64,000 nucleotides of DNA, taken from contig CAYURI010000002.1 of assembly GCA_964447275.1 (NCBI GenBank), forward strand, positions 17,197 through 81,196. The letters run 5' to 3'. This document shows, piece by piece, positions 9,917-19,833 of the stretch. Positions within the stretch are counted from its first letter, which is position 1. Each line of letters begins with the position of its first letter. The translations under genes and the position numbers were made by a program. The notes under the pieces are model-generated. The model searched no databases and was not told the origin of the DNA. It worked only from the letters and a program-made list of their open reading frames with translations. The DNA comes from an uncultured Muribaculaceae bacterium (GTDB lineage: Bacteria; Bacillota_I; Bacilli_A; RF39; UBA660).

Positions 9917-10034
9917 ATAAGAATAATTAATAGTTATTTAATATCATGATATTAAAAATGAAGTTTATTTTATTTAATTTATAAATAATAATCCTTCAAA
10001 TAGCTGTTTTTATAAAACAGAAGGGGATTATAAA

Positions 10035-10511
10035 ATGTATAAAGAAAGTAATATAATTGTTTATAAAAGAGATATATGTAAAATTGTTGAAATAAAGAAA
10101 AAATTTATTAATGAAACGGATTATTATATTTTAGAGCCGGTTTTTGATCCGTCACTATGTATTTCTATACCTACTAACAATAAAGATTTAAGGGATTTAG
10201 CTAATCTTGGCGAAATAAACAAGTTTATTAAAATGATTCCTAATCTTAATGTTATTGAAGCTGATAGTTATTCAATTGAAAAAGAATACAAGAAATTAAT
10301 TAATTCAAATAAAATAGAAGACTTGATGACCATAATTAAAACAGTATATTCTCGAAATCAAGTTCATTTAGATAATAAAAAGAAAATCAGTGATAAAGAT
10401 AGTCAATATTATGAAAAAGCTGAAAAATATTTGTGCCAAGAATTTTCTATAGCACTAAATAAAACATATAAAGATACAATTAAATATATCGAAGATTTAT
10501 TTATAAAATAA
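10035..10511 (+). CDS. CarD/CdnL family RNA-polymerase-binding transcription factor
   Basis: N-terminal IVYKRDICKIVEIKKKFINETDYYILEPVFD...ISIPTNN matches the CarD_CdnL_TRCF domain pattern (gdxVvhpxhGvgxixxi...yyvL.p....vPv). About 158 aa. Confidence 0.5.
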   Translation: MYKESNIIVYKRDICKIVEIKKKFINETDYYILEPVFDPSLCISIPTNNKDLRDLANLGEINKFIKMIPNLNVIEADSYSIEKEYKKLINSNKIEDLMTIIKTVYSRNQVHLDNKKKISDKDSQYYEKAEKYLCQEFSIALNKTYKDTIKYIEDLFIK

Positions 10512-10568
10512 ATGATTATTAATAGTAATCATTTTTTTATTATAGTATAATTATTTTAGGAGATAGTT

Positions 10569-11168
10569 ATGATAAAAACTTTAGAAAAATTAAAAGATGA
10601 CGCTAAAATTATAAATGATGATGATTTTAATAAAATATTTGATGATACTTGGAATGGTACTAAAAAAGATTTTTATAAGTTAGAAACATCACAAGTTTAC
10701 GCTTGTGATATGGACTCTAATTATCAAGATTATCTAAATGGGAATTATAATAATTTAACCAATATATTTAAAAACTTTTATCAGGATTGGGGTTTAATGT
10801 TAAAAAAGAGTAATATTAAAATGAAAAGATTACATTTAATAGATGTTCCTTTGTCAGATTACCTTAATTATGAGATGTATTTTTATTTAATAAATGAAAA
10901 TGCTGGTGAAAAAATAAGATGTTTAAGTTTTGATAAAATAAAAGAAAGAAAAATGGATGATTTTATTATTTTTGATAAAGATAAAATAATTATTAATGAA
11001 CATAATATAAATGGTGAACTAGTAAAAAGCTATTATAGTGAAAATAAATATTTAATTAATATTTTATTATGTGAATTTAAGATATTGTATAAAAAGGGCA
11101 AAGATTATAAAACATATGCTAATTTTAATAGCGATGTATTAAAATTAATGGAGGGTATTTATGAATAA
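10569..11168 (+). CDS. Hypothetical protein
   Basis: ORF with RBS GGAGATAG. No motif recognised. Overlaps the next gene by 8 nt. Confidence 0.35.
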   Translation: MIKTLEKLKDDAKIINDDDFNKIFDDTWNGTKKDFYKLETSQVYACDMDSNYQDYLNGNYNNLTNIFKNFYQDWGLMLKKSNIKMKRLHLIDVPLSDYLNYEMYFYLINENAGEKIRCLSFDKIKERKMDDFIIFDKDKIIINEHNINGELVKSYYSENKYLINILLCEFKILYKKGKDYKTYANFNSDVLKLMEGIYE

Positions 11169-12063
11169 ATTAATTGTTATAGAAGTAGGATCTACAGTTA
11201 CTAAAGCTTTCTTATTTGAAGAAGACAATACTACAGAATTGCTTAAAGAACTTGTTGAGTTTAAAAAACATTATGTTGATTATCATAAAATATTAGAAGA
11301 AGATGAAACCAAGTTATTTAATTATATAAATAAGTTGAAAGAAATAACTGAAAATATCTATGTTTATGGAACAAGTATATTTAGAAATATATCTAATGAA
11401 GAACTAGAAGAATTTTTGAAACATTTAAAAGCAAGTACGGAATTAACATTAACAGTAGCTAGTGCAGATGATGAAGAAAGATATACAATAAATGGGGTAA
11501 TAGCTAATATTGATACAACTAAACCAATTGTTATTTTAATTGGTGGTGGTGGTTCTAATGAAATAGCAGTCGTAAAAGATAAAGAAGTTATAGAACGCTT
11601 ACATATTAATATGGGAGCAGTAGATATAACAGCTTCTTATCCAGATTTAGCAAGTGATAGAACAACGATTGATGTTGGTAAAGTGATTAAAGAATTAGAA
11701 ACTAAATTAGCAGATTTAAAAACTGAAGTTGATGTTTTAGTTTTAGCAGGGAGCTCTAATAAATTTTTTAGAGAAACAGTTGGTTATCATTTTACTGAAG
11801 ATGTTCCATTTAATTATGATAAAAAAGAAATGGTTATTATGACTAAAGAAGGCTTTGACAAAGATGATAATGATTACCATTATAATAAATCGTTAGAAGA
11901 AATGAAAAAATATACTCCTGATATGCCTAATTGGTGGGTACCATCAAGAGCTTTAATAGCATTTGCTAATGCTGTATCTAATAGATGTAAAGCTAAATAT
12001 ATAGCAGCGTCTAATATTGGCATGACTTATGGCATTGCTGAAGAAAAAAGAAGCAACAATTAA
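11161..12063 (+). CDS. Ppx/GppA-family (ASKHA fold) phosphatase-like protein, paralog 1
   Basis: VIEVGSTVTKAFLF (phosphate-1 motif), GTSIFRN (ATSAxR-like) and ILIGGGGSNEIAV (phosphate-2 DIGGGST-like). Paralogous to the 16925 gene. Confidence 0.5.
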   Translation: MNKLIVIEVGSTVTKAFLFEEDNTTELLKELVEFKKHYVDYHKILEEDETKLFNYINKLKEITENIYVYGTSIFRNISNEELEEFLKHLKASTELTLTVASADDEERYTINGVIANIDTTKPIVILIGGGGSNEIAVVKDKEVIERLHINMGAVDITASYPDLASDRTTIDVGKVIKELETKLADLKTEVDVLVLAGSSNKFFRETVGYHFTEDVPFNYDKKEMVIMTKEGFDKDDNDYHYNKSLEEMKKYTPDMPNWWVPSRALIAFANAVSNRCKAKYIAASNIGMTYGIAEEKRSNN

Positions 12064-12098
12064 AATATATAGTATAATATTTTTGTTGGGAGACATTT

Positions 12099-12641
12099 AT
12101 GAAAAGAATGTTTATATGTGGTAGTAATAGAGAAAAGAATTGTTATAAAATATTAAATGATTTAAAAGAAGATCAAGATGATATTATATCTTTAGCTAGA
12201 AAAGATATAAGATTTTGTTTGGGATGTAATGCTTGCCAAAAAAGGCTTGAAAAACTTTGTGTGTTAAATGATTATATGCAGGAAGTATATCCTAAAATAT
12301 TGTCGTCAGAAGAAATAATAATTGCAAGCCCAATATATATGAATCAAATTACAGGTATATTAAAAAATTTTATTGATAGGCTTAACCCCTTTTTAGGTAA
12401 TAATGCTTTAGAAGGCAAGAATATTTATTTAATTTTAATAGGCCAAATGAGCGAAAAAGACAATGAAGCAGAAGTAGAAAAAATAGCCAACTATTTTTTG
12501 GGATTAAGCGAATTTATGGGATTCAAATTTAAATTTTTAAAATATTTATCTAGTGGTGATGTTTTAGAAATTGATGACATAATCAAGGTGAATGGTGATT
12601 ACAAAAACATTATAAAAAGCATAAAGCAAGAGATTAAGTAA
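12099..12641 (+). CDS. Flavodoxin-like fold NAD(P)H-dependent FMN reductase / iron-sulfur flavoprotein family
   Basis: RMFICGSNREKNCY...CLGCNACQ...IIIASPIYMNQITGILKNFIDR, typical of the FMN_red family. Confidence 0.5.
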   Translation: MKRMFICGSNREKNCYKILNDLKEDQDDIISLARKDIRFCLGCNACQKRLEKLCVLNDYMQEVYPKILSSEEIIIASPIYMNQITGILKNFIDRLNPFLGNNALEGKNIYLILIGQMSEKDNEAEVEKIANYFLGLSEFMGFKFKFLKYLSSGDVLEIDDIIKVNGDYKNIIKSIKQEIK

Positions 12642-12736
12642 ATATTTAATCTTTTTTACACTTTTACCAATAAAATAGATGTATTATTACATCTAAATAT
12701 TAGAAGTTAGAAAACTTTTTAGATGAGAGGAATTTT

Positions 12737-14182
12737 ATGAATTTTTTTGAAAGAAGTATAATAAGTATTAAAAGGCGTAAAGGTAAATCTTTGATACTCT
12801 TTTTGGCAATCTTACTTATATGTAATTTAATTGCTGGATCAATATCAGTAAAAAAAGCTTTAGTAAAAACTGAAAATAATATTTCTGGTGGCATGCCAAT
12901 TGAATTAAAAGCCGAGATTGACTATGATAAGGTAATAAATAAAGAACCAGAAAAGATTACTGAAGCAATGGTTAAAAAAATTGGTAATTCTTCATATTTA
13001 AAAGCTTATTATTATTCATATAGCTACTATTTAACCAGTAAAACAACTATGTCTGATAATGGAGGAATATTATATGAAGCTCGTGAATATTCGTCTGAGA
13101 AGATTGCTATAGATGATCCTTTTTATCCAAGTGAACAAGGCTATTTCTCAATTTTAGGAACTAATAATAATCAATTAAAAGATATTATAAATGGTAAAAT
13201 AAAAATTATGTCGGGAGCTATATATACTGAAGATGATGTAAAAAGTGGTAATAATGTTATTTTAATATCAAAAGAAGTGGCTAAGAAGAATAACTTAGAG
13301 GTTGGTTCAGAAATAACTTTACAAAAAGAATTAGATGATTATAGTACTGGAGAGTATAGAATATTAAAAACTATTTCCGAAAAATATAAAGTTGTTGGTA
13401 TTTTTGAAGCTAAAGTTAATAAAACATTAGATGATAAGGGCAATGTTATTTATGAAAATAATCCTTTAGCAAACTATATTTATATGCCTAATAATACTGT
13501 TAAAGTAATCCATGATAAAGTAGCAAGTAGTGCTTCTGCTTTAAATATTGAATGGTATGATGACTTGTATATTAATTCAGCATTTTATTTAAAAAACATT
13601 AATGATATAGAAGACTTTAAAAATGAGAATTTAAAATTACTTCCTGATAGCTACAAATTTACTGATAATTCTGAATTATATAAAACAACCATTGGACCAA
13701 TGAAGAGTGTTGAAACAATTTCTAATTATGTTATGTATGCTTCACTAGGGGCATCAGTTCTAATAATTGGTTTAATATCATTACTATTTCTTCGTGAAAG
13801 AAAACATGAAATGGGTATTTATTTGGCTCTAGGTGAGCGTAAAATGAACATTGCTTTACAAATTTTAATTGAAACTATTGCTATTTCTTTACTAGCAGTT
13901 TGTATATCAATATTTACAGGTAATTTAGTGGCGAAAAATATATCAAATAAAATGTTAGAAAATCAAATATCAGAGTCATATAATAAGAATGATCAATATT
14001 ATGATGAATATGGATATTTATTGAATGTTGATAAAAGCGATATCATGGCTAATTATAATGTCAAATTAGATGCTGTAACAATAGCTTTAATATTTGCCAT
14101 CAGTATTGGTAGTATCACGGTTTCTACTTTAATACCAATATATTATACTTTAAAAATAAATCCAAAAAAGATATTGATGTAA
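12737..14182 (+). CDS. ABC transporter permease, FtsX/MacB family
   Basis: N-terminal TM helix, large extracytoplasmic domain and a C-terminal FtsX-like four-helix bundle. Immediately upstream of an ABC ATPase. Confidence 0.6.
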   Translation: MNFFERSIISIKRRKGKSLILFLAILLICNLIAGSISVKKALVKTENNISGGMPIELKAEIDYDKVINKEPEKITEAMVKKIGNSSYLKAYYYSYSYYLTSKTTMSDNGGILYEAREYSSEKIAIDDPFYPSEQGYFSILGTNNNQLKDIINGKIKIMSGAIYTEDDVKSGNNVILISKEVAKKNNLEVGSEITLQKELDDYSTGEYRILKTISEKYKVVGIFEAKVNKTLDDKGNVIYENNPLANYIYMPNNTVKVIHDKVASSASALNIEWYDDLYINSAFYLKNINDIEDFKNENLKLLPDSYKFTDNSELYKTTIGPMKSVETISNYVMYASLGASVLIIGLISLLFLRERKHEMGIYLALGERKMNIALQILIETIAISLLAVCISIFTGNLVAKNISNKMLENQISESYNKNDQYYDEYGYLLNVDKSDIMANYNVKLDAVTIALIFAISIGSITVSTLIPIYYTLKINPKKILM

Positions 14183-14191
14183 GGAGAAGTT

Positions 14192-14869
14192 ATGGAGAAT
14201 ATTTTAAGCGTTTCAAATTTAAGTTATTTTTACCAAGATGGAGACACAATTAGATATATTTTAAAAGATGTTTCTTTTGATTTTGAAAAAGGTAAATTTT
14301 ATACAATACTAGGCGAAAGCGGTAGTGGTAAAACAACCTTGCTTTCTTTAATAGCGGCTTTAGAAGAACAAAAACAGGGTAAGATAAAATATGAAAATAT
14401 AGATGTTAGACAAATAGGGTTAGATAAATATCGCCGTAATAATATGGGAATAGTATTCCAAAGTTATAATCTAATTCCATATATGACAGCTTTAGAGAAT
14501 ATTTTAGTGGCAATGAATATAACTGATAATGAGATACCTCAAAATAAAGAACTGGTTGCTAAAAATCTACTAAAATATGTTGGTTTAGATAACGTTAAAA
14601 TAAGTCGTACTATAAATAAATTGTCAGGTGGAGAACAGCAAAGAGTAGCAATAGCTAGAGCGTTATCTACTGATGTTGATTTAATTTTAGCAGATGAACC
14701 AACTGGGAATTTGGATGCAGAAATGACTGAGGAAATAATTAAATTATTTGCCATGTTAGCTCATGAACATAATAAATGTGTAATTGTGGTTACTCATTCT
14801 AAAGATGTTGCAGCAAAATCTGATATAATATTAAGATTAGAAAAAGGAGTGCTAAAAAAAGATGAGTAG
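14192..14869 (+). CDS. ABC transporter ATP-binding protein (MacB/LolD-type NBD)
   Basis: Walker A GESGSGKTT, ABC signature [15 protein letters not shown], Walker B ILADEPTGNLD, H-loop VTHS. Confidence 0.85.
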   Translation: MENILSVSNLSYFYQDGDTIRYILKDVSFDFEKGKFYTILGESGSGKTTLLSLIAALEEQKQGKIKYENIDVRQIGLDKYRRNNMGIVFQSYNLIPYMTALENILVAMNITDNEIPQNKELVAKNLLKYVGLDNVKISRTINKLSGGEQQRVAIARALSTDVDLILADEPTGNLDAEMTEEIIKLFAMLAHEHNKCVIVVTHSKDVAAKSDIILRLEKGVLKKDE

Positions 14870-16103
14870 TTTTTTAAGTAATTTTACGGAAGAAGAACCA
14901 AAAGAAATTAAAAAAGAACCAAAAGGGATTAAAATAGTGGAAAATGAATTAGAAAATGATACTAATTATGCCAAGAAAAAGCAAAAACGTTTAATTATTG
15001 AAATAGCTGTAGCAACGGCTGTTATAATAACAATAACATTACTAATTATTTATTTTTCGAAAATTGAAGTCCCTAATTTTAATAATCAACTGGTTTCCAT
15101 TGCTGACAAATGGTCAAGTGAAAACAAAATTCAAATTATTAAAAAAGAAGCTTATAATAATGAATATGATGAAGATTATGTAGTAAGCCAATCAATCAAA
15201 AGTGGAACCAAAATAAGTAAAAAAACCATTTTAGAAATAACAGTTAGTAAAGGCTCTGATCCAGATGAAAAAATCTCTGTACCAGATTTAAATAAGATGA
15301 CAGGATCTGAAATACAATCTTGGATTGATGATAACAATTTATTTAATACAATTATTACTGAAAAAAATTCCAAGAAGATAGCTAAAGGTAATTTAATAAG
15401 TTATGCTTTTGATAGTGCTACTGTTGATAAAAATAATTTTAAGAGATCAGATGGATTAGAAATAGTAATTTCTAAAGGTGATACCGAAGAAAATAATATC
15501 GAAGTAATAAATTTAGTTAGTAAATCTAAAGAAGAAGTAACAAAATGGTGTTCAGATAATGGTTTAGTATGTAAATTTAGTGATGCTATTTCAGATGATT
15601 ATGAAGTAGGGAAAGTTACTTCTCAATCGGTAAAGGTTGGCCAAACAATTTCCGTAGATACTAAAATGACTTTTAAAGTATCAGTCGGTAAAGGAATAAC
15701 AATACCAAACTACAGTAACATTACTTCTGAAAATGCTGCAGCAATAAACGCTAAAGTAGATGTTAAAATAAAATATGTTTATAGTATGGATATTACTTAT
15801 GGTAATCTAATTTCTCAATCAGTAAAAGCTGGTAGTAGAAAAATGGAAACTGATAATAAAGTTGAATTAGTATACTCATTAGGGAAACCTTATTTTGATA
15901 CTTTAGAAGGTAAAAAAGAAAGCGAATTAGCCAAAATATTTTACGATTATAATCAAAAAGGAGTAGAGTTTACATATACAATAAAATATATTAATTCTGA
16001 CGAAGAAAAAGGCACGATTGTTAGCAGTTCTAAATCAAATGAATTTGTCACAATGACAGAAAATATTGAGGTAAGGGTAAGTAACGGCATAATCGGTGGA
16101 TAA
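14862..16103 (+). CDS. Membrane-anchored protein with four PASTA-like extracellular repeats and no kinase or PBP domain
   Basis: Cytoplasmic N-tail, then TM helix IAVATAVIITITLLIIYF, then four repeats of the PASTA pattern (for example EITVSKGSDPDEKISVPDLNKMTGSEIQSWIDDNNL). The start overlaps the ABC ATPase stop by 8 nt. Confidence 0.5.
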   Translation: MSSFLSNFTEEEPKEIKKEPKGIKIVENELENDTNYAKKKQKRLIIEIAVATAVIITITLLIIYFSKIEVPNFNNQLVSIADKWSSENKIQIIKKEAYNNEYDEDYVVSQSIKSGTKISKKTILEITVSKGSDPDEKISVPDLNKMTGSEIQSWIDDNNLFNTIITEKNSKKIAKGNLISYAFDSATVDKNNFKRSDGLEIVISKGDTEENNIEVINLVSKSKEEVTKWCSDNGLVCKFSDAISDDYEVGKVTSQSVKVGQTISVDTKMTFKVSVGKGITIPNYSNITSENAAAINAKVDVKIKYVYSMDITYGNLISQSVKAGSRKMETDNKVELVYSLGKPYFDTLEGKKESELAKIFYDYNQKGVEFTYTIKYINSDEEKGTIVSSSKSNEFVTMTENIEVRVSNGIIGG

Positions 16104-16107
16104 ATAA

Positions 16108-16875
16108 ATGGGAATAAAATTAGATACAATTTTTGAATTATTAAAAAACTATGATAAATATGGTTTTGAATTACTATATGAGCATTATTTCAGGTTAATG
16201 TATGGTATAGCTTTTTCAGTATGTAAAGATGATGAAATAAGTAAAGATGCTATTCAAAATACCATGATAATTTTATATAAATTGGATCCAAAAAAATTCC
16301 CAAATAACAATGAATTAAGCTGGCTTTATAAAGTAGTTAAAAATGAAACTTTACAATTATTAAGAAAGCAAAAAAACAAATTGTCAATAGATGAAATAGC
16401 TGATTTACCAACAATTGATAAGTCAATTGAAAATATTGTTGATATGGATTCATATAATTATTTAATAAAAGACTTAAACGAAGAACAAAGAAGAATTATT
16501 ACTTTAAAAGTCATTTGCGGTTTAACCCATAAAGAGATAGCTAAATTATTAAGTATGCCATCAGGAACAGTTATGTGGGTTTATAATACTTCAATAAAAA
16601 AACTAAAAATTATATTAGGAAGCCTAATGTCAATAATCATAATAATTGGCATTTCATTTATTAGCAAACTAAATGCTGTAACAAATTTCCGATATGTAAC
16701 TGAAGAATCGTATTATATGGATAATCTAATGACTGCAAAAGCTATGCCACTAGAAGTAGTTGACTGGCGAATTAAATATTATGTTATAGGTGCTTTATTA
16801 GTAATATCTTTAATAATCCTATTTATAAATGGAGATAAAATACCAATTAAGATACTAATCAAAAAAGCTAAATAA
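16108..16875 (+). CDS. ECF-type sigma-70 family factor with a C-terminal extension containing two predicted TM helices
   Basis: Region 2-like LLYEHYFRLMYGIAFSV...DAIQNTMIILYK and region 4 HTH EQRRIITLKVICGLTHKEIAKLLSMPSGTVMWVYNTSIKKLK. An extension of about 90 aa follows with hydrophobic MSIIIIIGISFI and YYVIGALLVISLIILFI. Confidence 0.55.
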   Translation: MGIKLDTIFELLKNYDKYGFELLYEHYFRLMYGIAFSVCKDDEISKDAIQNTMIILYKLDPKKFPNNNELSWLYKVVKNETLQLLRKQKNKLSIDEIADLPTIDKSIENIVDMDSYNYLIKDLNEEQRRIITLKVICGLTHKEIAKLLSMPSGTVMWVYNTSIKKLKIILGSLMSIIIIIGISFISKLNAVTNFRYVTEESYYMDNLMTAKAMPLEVVDWRIKYYVIGALLVISLIILFINGDKIPIKILIKKAK

Positions 16876-16892
16876 TATTTAGCTTTTTTATT
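16865..16892 (+). terminator. Rho-independent terminator
   Basis: AGCTAAATA...TATTTAGCT inverted repeat plus T-run. It overlaps the stop codon of the sigma-factor gene. Confidence 0.6.
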
Positions 16893-16924
16893 TTATATAG
16901 TATAATTTAATTAAGGTGATTAAA

Positions 16925-17824
16925 ATGAAAGAATATTATATTGATCAAGGTTCATCAACAATTAAAGTATATGAATATGAAAGTCGATTAGTTTTATTAG
17001 AAGAACATTCTATATATTTAAAGAATGGCTTTACAGAAGAAACTGGCATAAGCGAAGAAAACAAAAAAGCTTTATATGATTATTATCAAGCATTAAAAAC
17101 TAAATATAAATTAAATTATGAAAACACTTATATATTTGCAACTGGTATATTTAGAAACTTAAATCAAGAACAAAAAAGATCAATATTAAAAGACTTTAAT
17201 GATAAATTTGATTTACATTTTAATATTATTAGTCATGGTATAGAGAATTATTATTTGGGCAAAGCAATGGATAATGATTATCAAAACAAAAAAGTCATGA
17301 TTATCAATATGGGTGGAAAAACAACTGAGTTAGTAACTTTTAAAGATAATGTTATTATTGACAGGAAGAATTTAAAGATTGGTGTAGCTGATTTATTAAA
17401 TGAGTTTCCTAATTCTAATGATAAATATTCAACTGCCAAAATAGAAGATATGGTAAACTTTGTTAAAGCTAGAATAACTGATGAAAAGTTTGATAACGAT
17501 TATGATTGTGCTATATTTACTGGTGGCGAAGAATGTTTTGAAAAGTTAACCGGATATAATTTAGTAGAAAATAATATTTTTAGTGATGGTATTCATAAAT
17601 ATATGGTTAGTTTTAAAGACTTTGTAAAAGGTAATAATAAAATATTTTTTGAAATAGCCATGGATGAATTATATGCTTTACTTCCACAAAATCCTAAATG
17701 GATGGATGGAGCCAGGGCAGGAGCTCTACTTCCGCAAGCAATATTTGAAAGAGCTAATATAAAATATATAATACCATCGGACTTAAATTTAATTAATGGT
17801 GTTATAAACGATATGAAATTATAA
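16925..17824 (+). CDS. Ppx/GppA-family phosphatase-like protein, paralog 2
   Basis: YIDQGSSTIKVYEYE, ATGIFRN, IINMGGKTTELV. Collinear with the 11161 gene product. Confidence 0.5.
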   Translation: MKEYYIDQGSSTIKVYEYESRLVLLEEHSIYLKNGFTEETGISEENKKALYDYYQALKTKYKLNYENTYIFATGIFRNLNQEQKRSILKDFNDKFDLHFNIISHGIENYYLGKAMDNDYQNKKVMIINMGGKTTELVTFKDNVIIDRKNLKIGVADLLNEFPNSNDKYSTAKIEDMVNFVKARITDEKFDNDYDCAIFTGGEECFEKLTGYNLVENNIFSDGIHKYMVSFKDFVKGNNKIFFEIAMDELYALLPQNPKWMDGARAGALLPQAIFERANIKYIIPSDLNLINGVINDMKL

Positions 17825-17833
17825 TACAAAAAT

Positions 17834-17863
17834 AAAAAACACATATTTTCTTATGTGTTTTTA
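17834..17863. terminator. Bidirectional rho-independent terminator between convergent genes
   Basis: AAACACATA-ttttct-TATGTGTTT with A/T runs on both sides. Confidence 0.55.
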
Positions 17864-18901
17864 AATACTTAATACTTTTTTTAATACCTCTCGCCTTTCT
17901 TTTAAAACGGTTTCAAAGTATTCTTGAGTTGACGGTAATAAATGTATTTGACTATTGTCTCTAGAAAAATTTTCTAGAATTTTTCTATACTCATCATCAT
18001 AGGCTAGCCTTTCAATTAATGGTTTGACATCATCAGGGAAAGCCATATACAATTCAGTTAAGTTGGGATCCAAGCCATCATATTGAGATTGACTGACTTC
18101 TTCCGCTTGGGCTTGAGTTGCAAAAAGCAGGTCATTTTTACAAGGGAAAAGTGGGGCCCAAACCATTCCATGTTTATGAGTAAAAACATTTTTATGATCG
18201 ACTCCCAATATTTTCTCACTATCGTAAACCTTAGAAGGAGCAAATCCTTTTAACTTTTTAATGCCACCTTCAATTGATATGTGACTTGAAAATCTAGGAT
18301 CAAGGGCTAGTAGTTCTGGCCTTAGTCTGTAGGAGTAAGATACGCCTTCAATTTTAGGAATTTCAAATCCTATGTTGTGATAGTTTCTATCTGCTTGTAA
18401 CATGAAGCCATCACTAACAAAGAGGGTTAATAAAAAAGTTTTACATTTATCGTAATCTTCCGCCGAAACTGTTTGCTTTAAATAGTCAAGGACATTTACT
18501 AATGAATATCCGGAATAACAAACTAGATCTGATATTTCGGAATTTAACAGCTCACTTATTAAATAATAATTATGAGTTGAGTCTTGAAAACAAGTTGATA
18601 AAAGTCCGGTTTTCGCCTTAGCCTCTTTTTGATTTACACTAGTAACTCGAACGCAAGAAACTCTATAATCAAGAGTGTCTAAACCCATTATTTGTCTCCC
18701 AAATTCGCTAAAAAACTGTTCTGTAAATAAACGATAGTCGTTTCTTATCTTAAAATATTGTAAAGCGTTTTCAATTATATACCAAGTTGACTTTTCTCTC
18801 AAATAAGCTTCATTTATACTTACTATTTGTTTTAACTTGCTAATTGGAATTTCTGAACACTGAAAATGTGGAATTACGGCCTCATTTAAAACCATTACCA
18901 A
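17861..18901 (-). CDS. Hypothetical protein, possibly a HipA/CtkA-like kinase fold. Visibly higher GC than its neighbours.
   Basis: 346-aa ORF. The DRNYHNIGFE segment is weakly reminiscent of the HipA catalytic D-x-H-x-x-N motif. A counted 60-nt stretch inside the gene is about 47% GC, against roughly 28% nearby. Confidence 0.3.
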   Translation of the reverse strand: MVMVLNEAVIPHFQCSEIPISKLKQIVSINEAYLREKSTWYIIENALQYFKIRNDYRLFTEQFFSEFGRQIMGLDTLDYRVSCVRVTSVNQKEAKAKTGLLSTCFQDSTHNYYLISELLNSEISDLVCYSGYSLVNVLDYLKQTVSAEDYDKCKTFLLTLFVSDGFMLQADRNYHNIGFEIPKIEGVSYSYRLRPELLALDPRFSSHISIEGGIKKLKGFAPSKVYDSEKILGVDHKNVFTHKHGMVWAPLFPCKNDLLFATQAQAEEVSQSQYDGLDPNLTELYMAFPDDVKPLIERLAYDDEYRKILENFSRDNSQIHLLPSTQEYFETVLKERREVLKKVLSI

Positions 18902-18988
18902 ACACCCCTTTTTTGTAGGGTTTATTTTAGCATATTAGTCGCATAAAGTCAAATTATATGGGCTTTTATGACACGGTAAATTTTTTTG

Positions 18989-18997
18989 TGTTATAAT
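18989..18997 (+). promoter_or_regulatory. Extended -10 promoter element TGTTATAAT upstream of folD
   Basis: TGnTATAAT about 20 nt upstream of the RBS GGTGAT and the ATG. Confidence 0.4.
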
Positions 18998-19014
18998 TTC
19001 AATTGGTGATATAA

Positions 19015-19830
19015 ATGATTTTGAATGGTAAAGAAGTGGCTTTAAAAATTGAAAACAATCTTAAAGAAAGATTACGTAAATATAATAATAAACCTGTTTT
19101 AGCAACTATTATAGTAGGTAATAGAATAGAGTCTATTACTTATGTCAATATGAAGTTAAAAGCTTGTGAAAGAGTAGGAATAATAGGTAAAAAGATTGAA
19201 TTAGATGAAACTATTAGTGAATTAGAGTTAATTAATGAAATAAAAAAATTAAATGAAGATGCTAGTGTATCAGGGATTCTTGTTCAGCATCCACTTCCTA
19301 GTCATCTAAATGAACAAAAAATATTTAATTATATTGATCCTAAAAAAGATGTTGATGGCTTAAGTGCAATTAGTTTTGGCAATATGGCAATGGGAATACC
19401 GGGTCATATATCAGCAACTCCGGGAGCCATAATGGCCATATTAAGTTATTATAATATTAACATTGAAGGTAAAAAAGCCGTGGTTGTTGGTAGGAGTAAT
19501 ATTCTTGGTAAACCAATTGCGATGCTTTTATTAAATGCTAATGCGACAGTTACTATATGTCATTCTAAAACTAAAGATTTAGATAATATCTTAAAAGAAA
19601 CTGACATTATAGTAGCGGCTTTAGGCAAACCAAAATATATCAAAGCCAGTTTACTAAAAAAAGGAGCAATAATAATTGATGCTGGTTATAACGAAGGAAA
19701 TATTGGTGATGTTGATTTAGATAATATTGATCCTTCTATTTCTTATACACCAGTTCCTGGTGGAGTAGGACCAGTTACAATAGCTAAACTTCTAGAACAA
19801 ACAGTGACTTCTTTTGAAAAAGTTATTTAG
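19015..19830 (+). CDS. folD: Bifunctional methylenetetrahydrofolate dehydrogenase/cyclohydrolase
   Basis: ILNGKEVALKI..., PVLATIIVGN, SxxYVxMK, VQHPLP, VVVGRSNILGKP, PVPGGVGPVT. About 271 aa. Confidence 0.85.
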   Translation: MILNGKEVALKIENNLKERLRKYNNKPVLATIIVGNRIESITYVNMKLKACERVGIIGKKIELDETISELELINEIKKLNEDASVSGILVQHPLPSHLNEQKIFNYIDPKKDVDGLSAISFGNMAMGIPGHISATPGAIMAILSYYNINIEGKKAVVVGRSNILGKPIAMLLLNANATVTICHSKTKDLDNILKETDIIVAALGKPKYIKASLLKKGAIIIDAGYNEGNIGDVDLDNIDPSISYTPVPGGVGPVTIAKLLEQTVTSFEKVI

Positions 19831-19833
19831 AAA

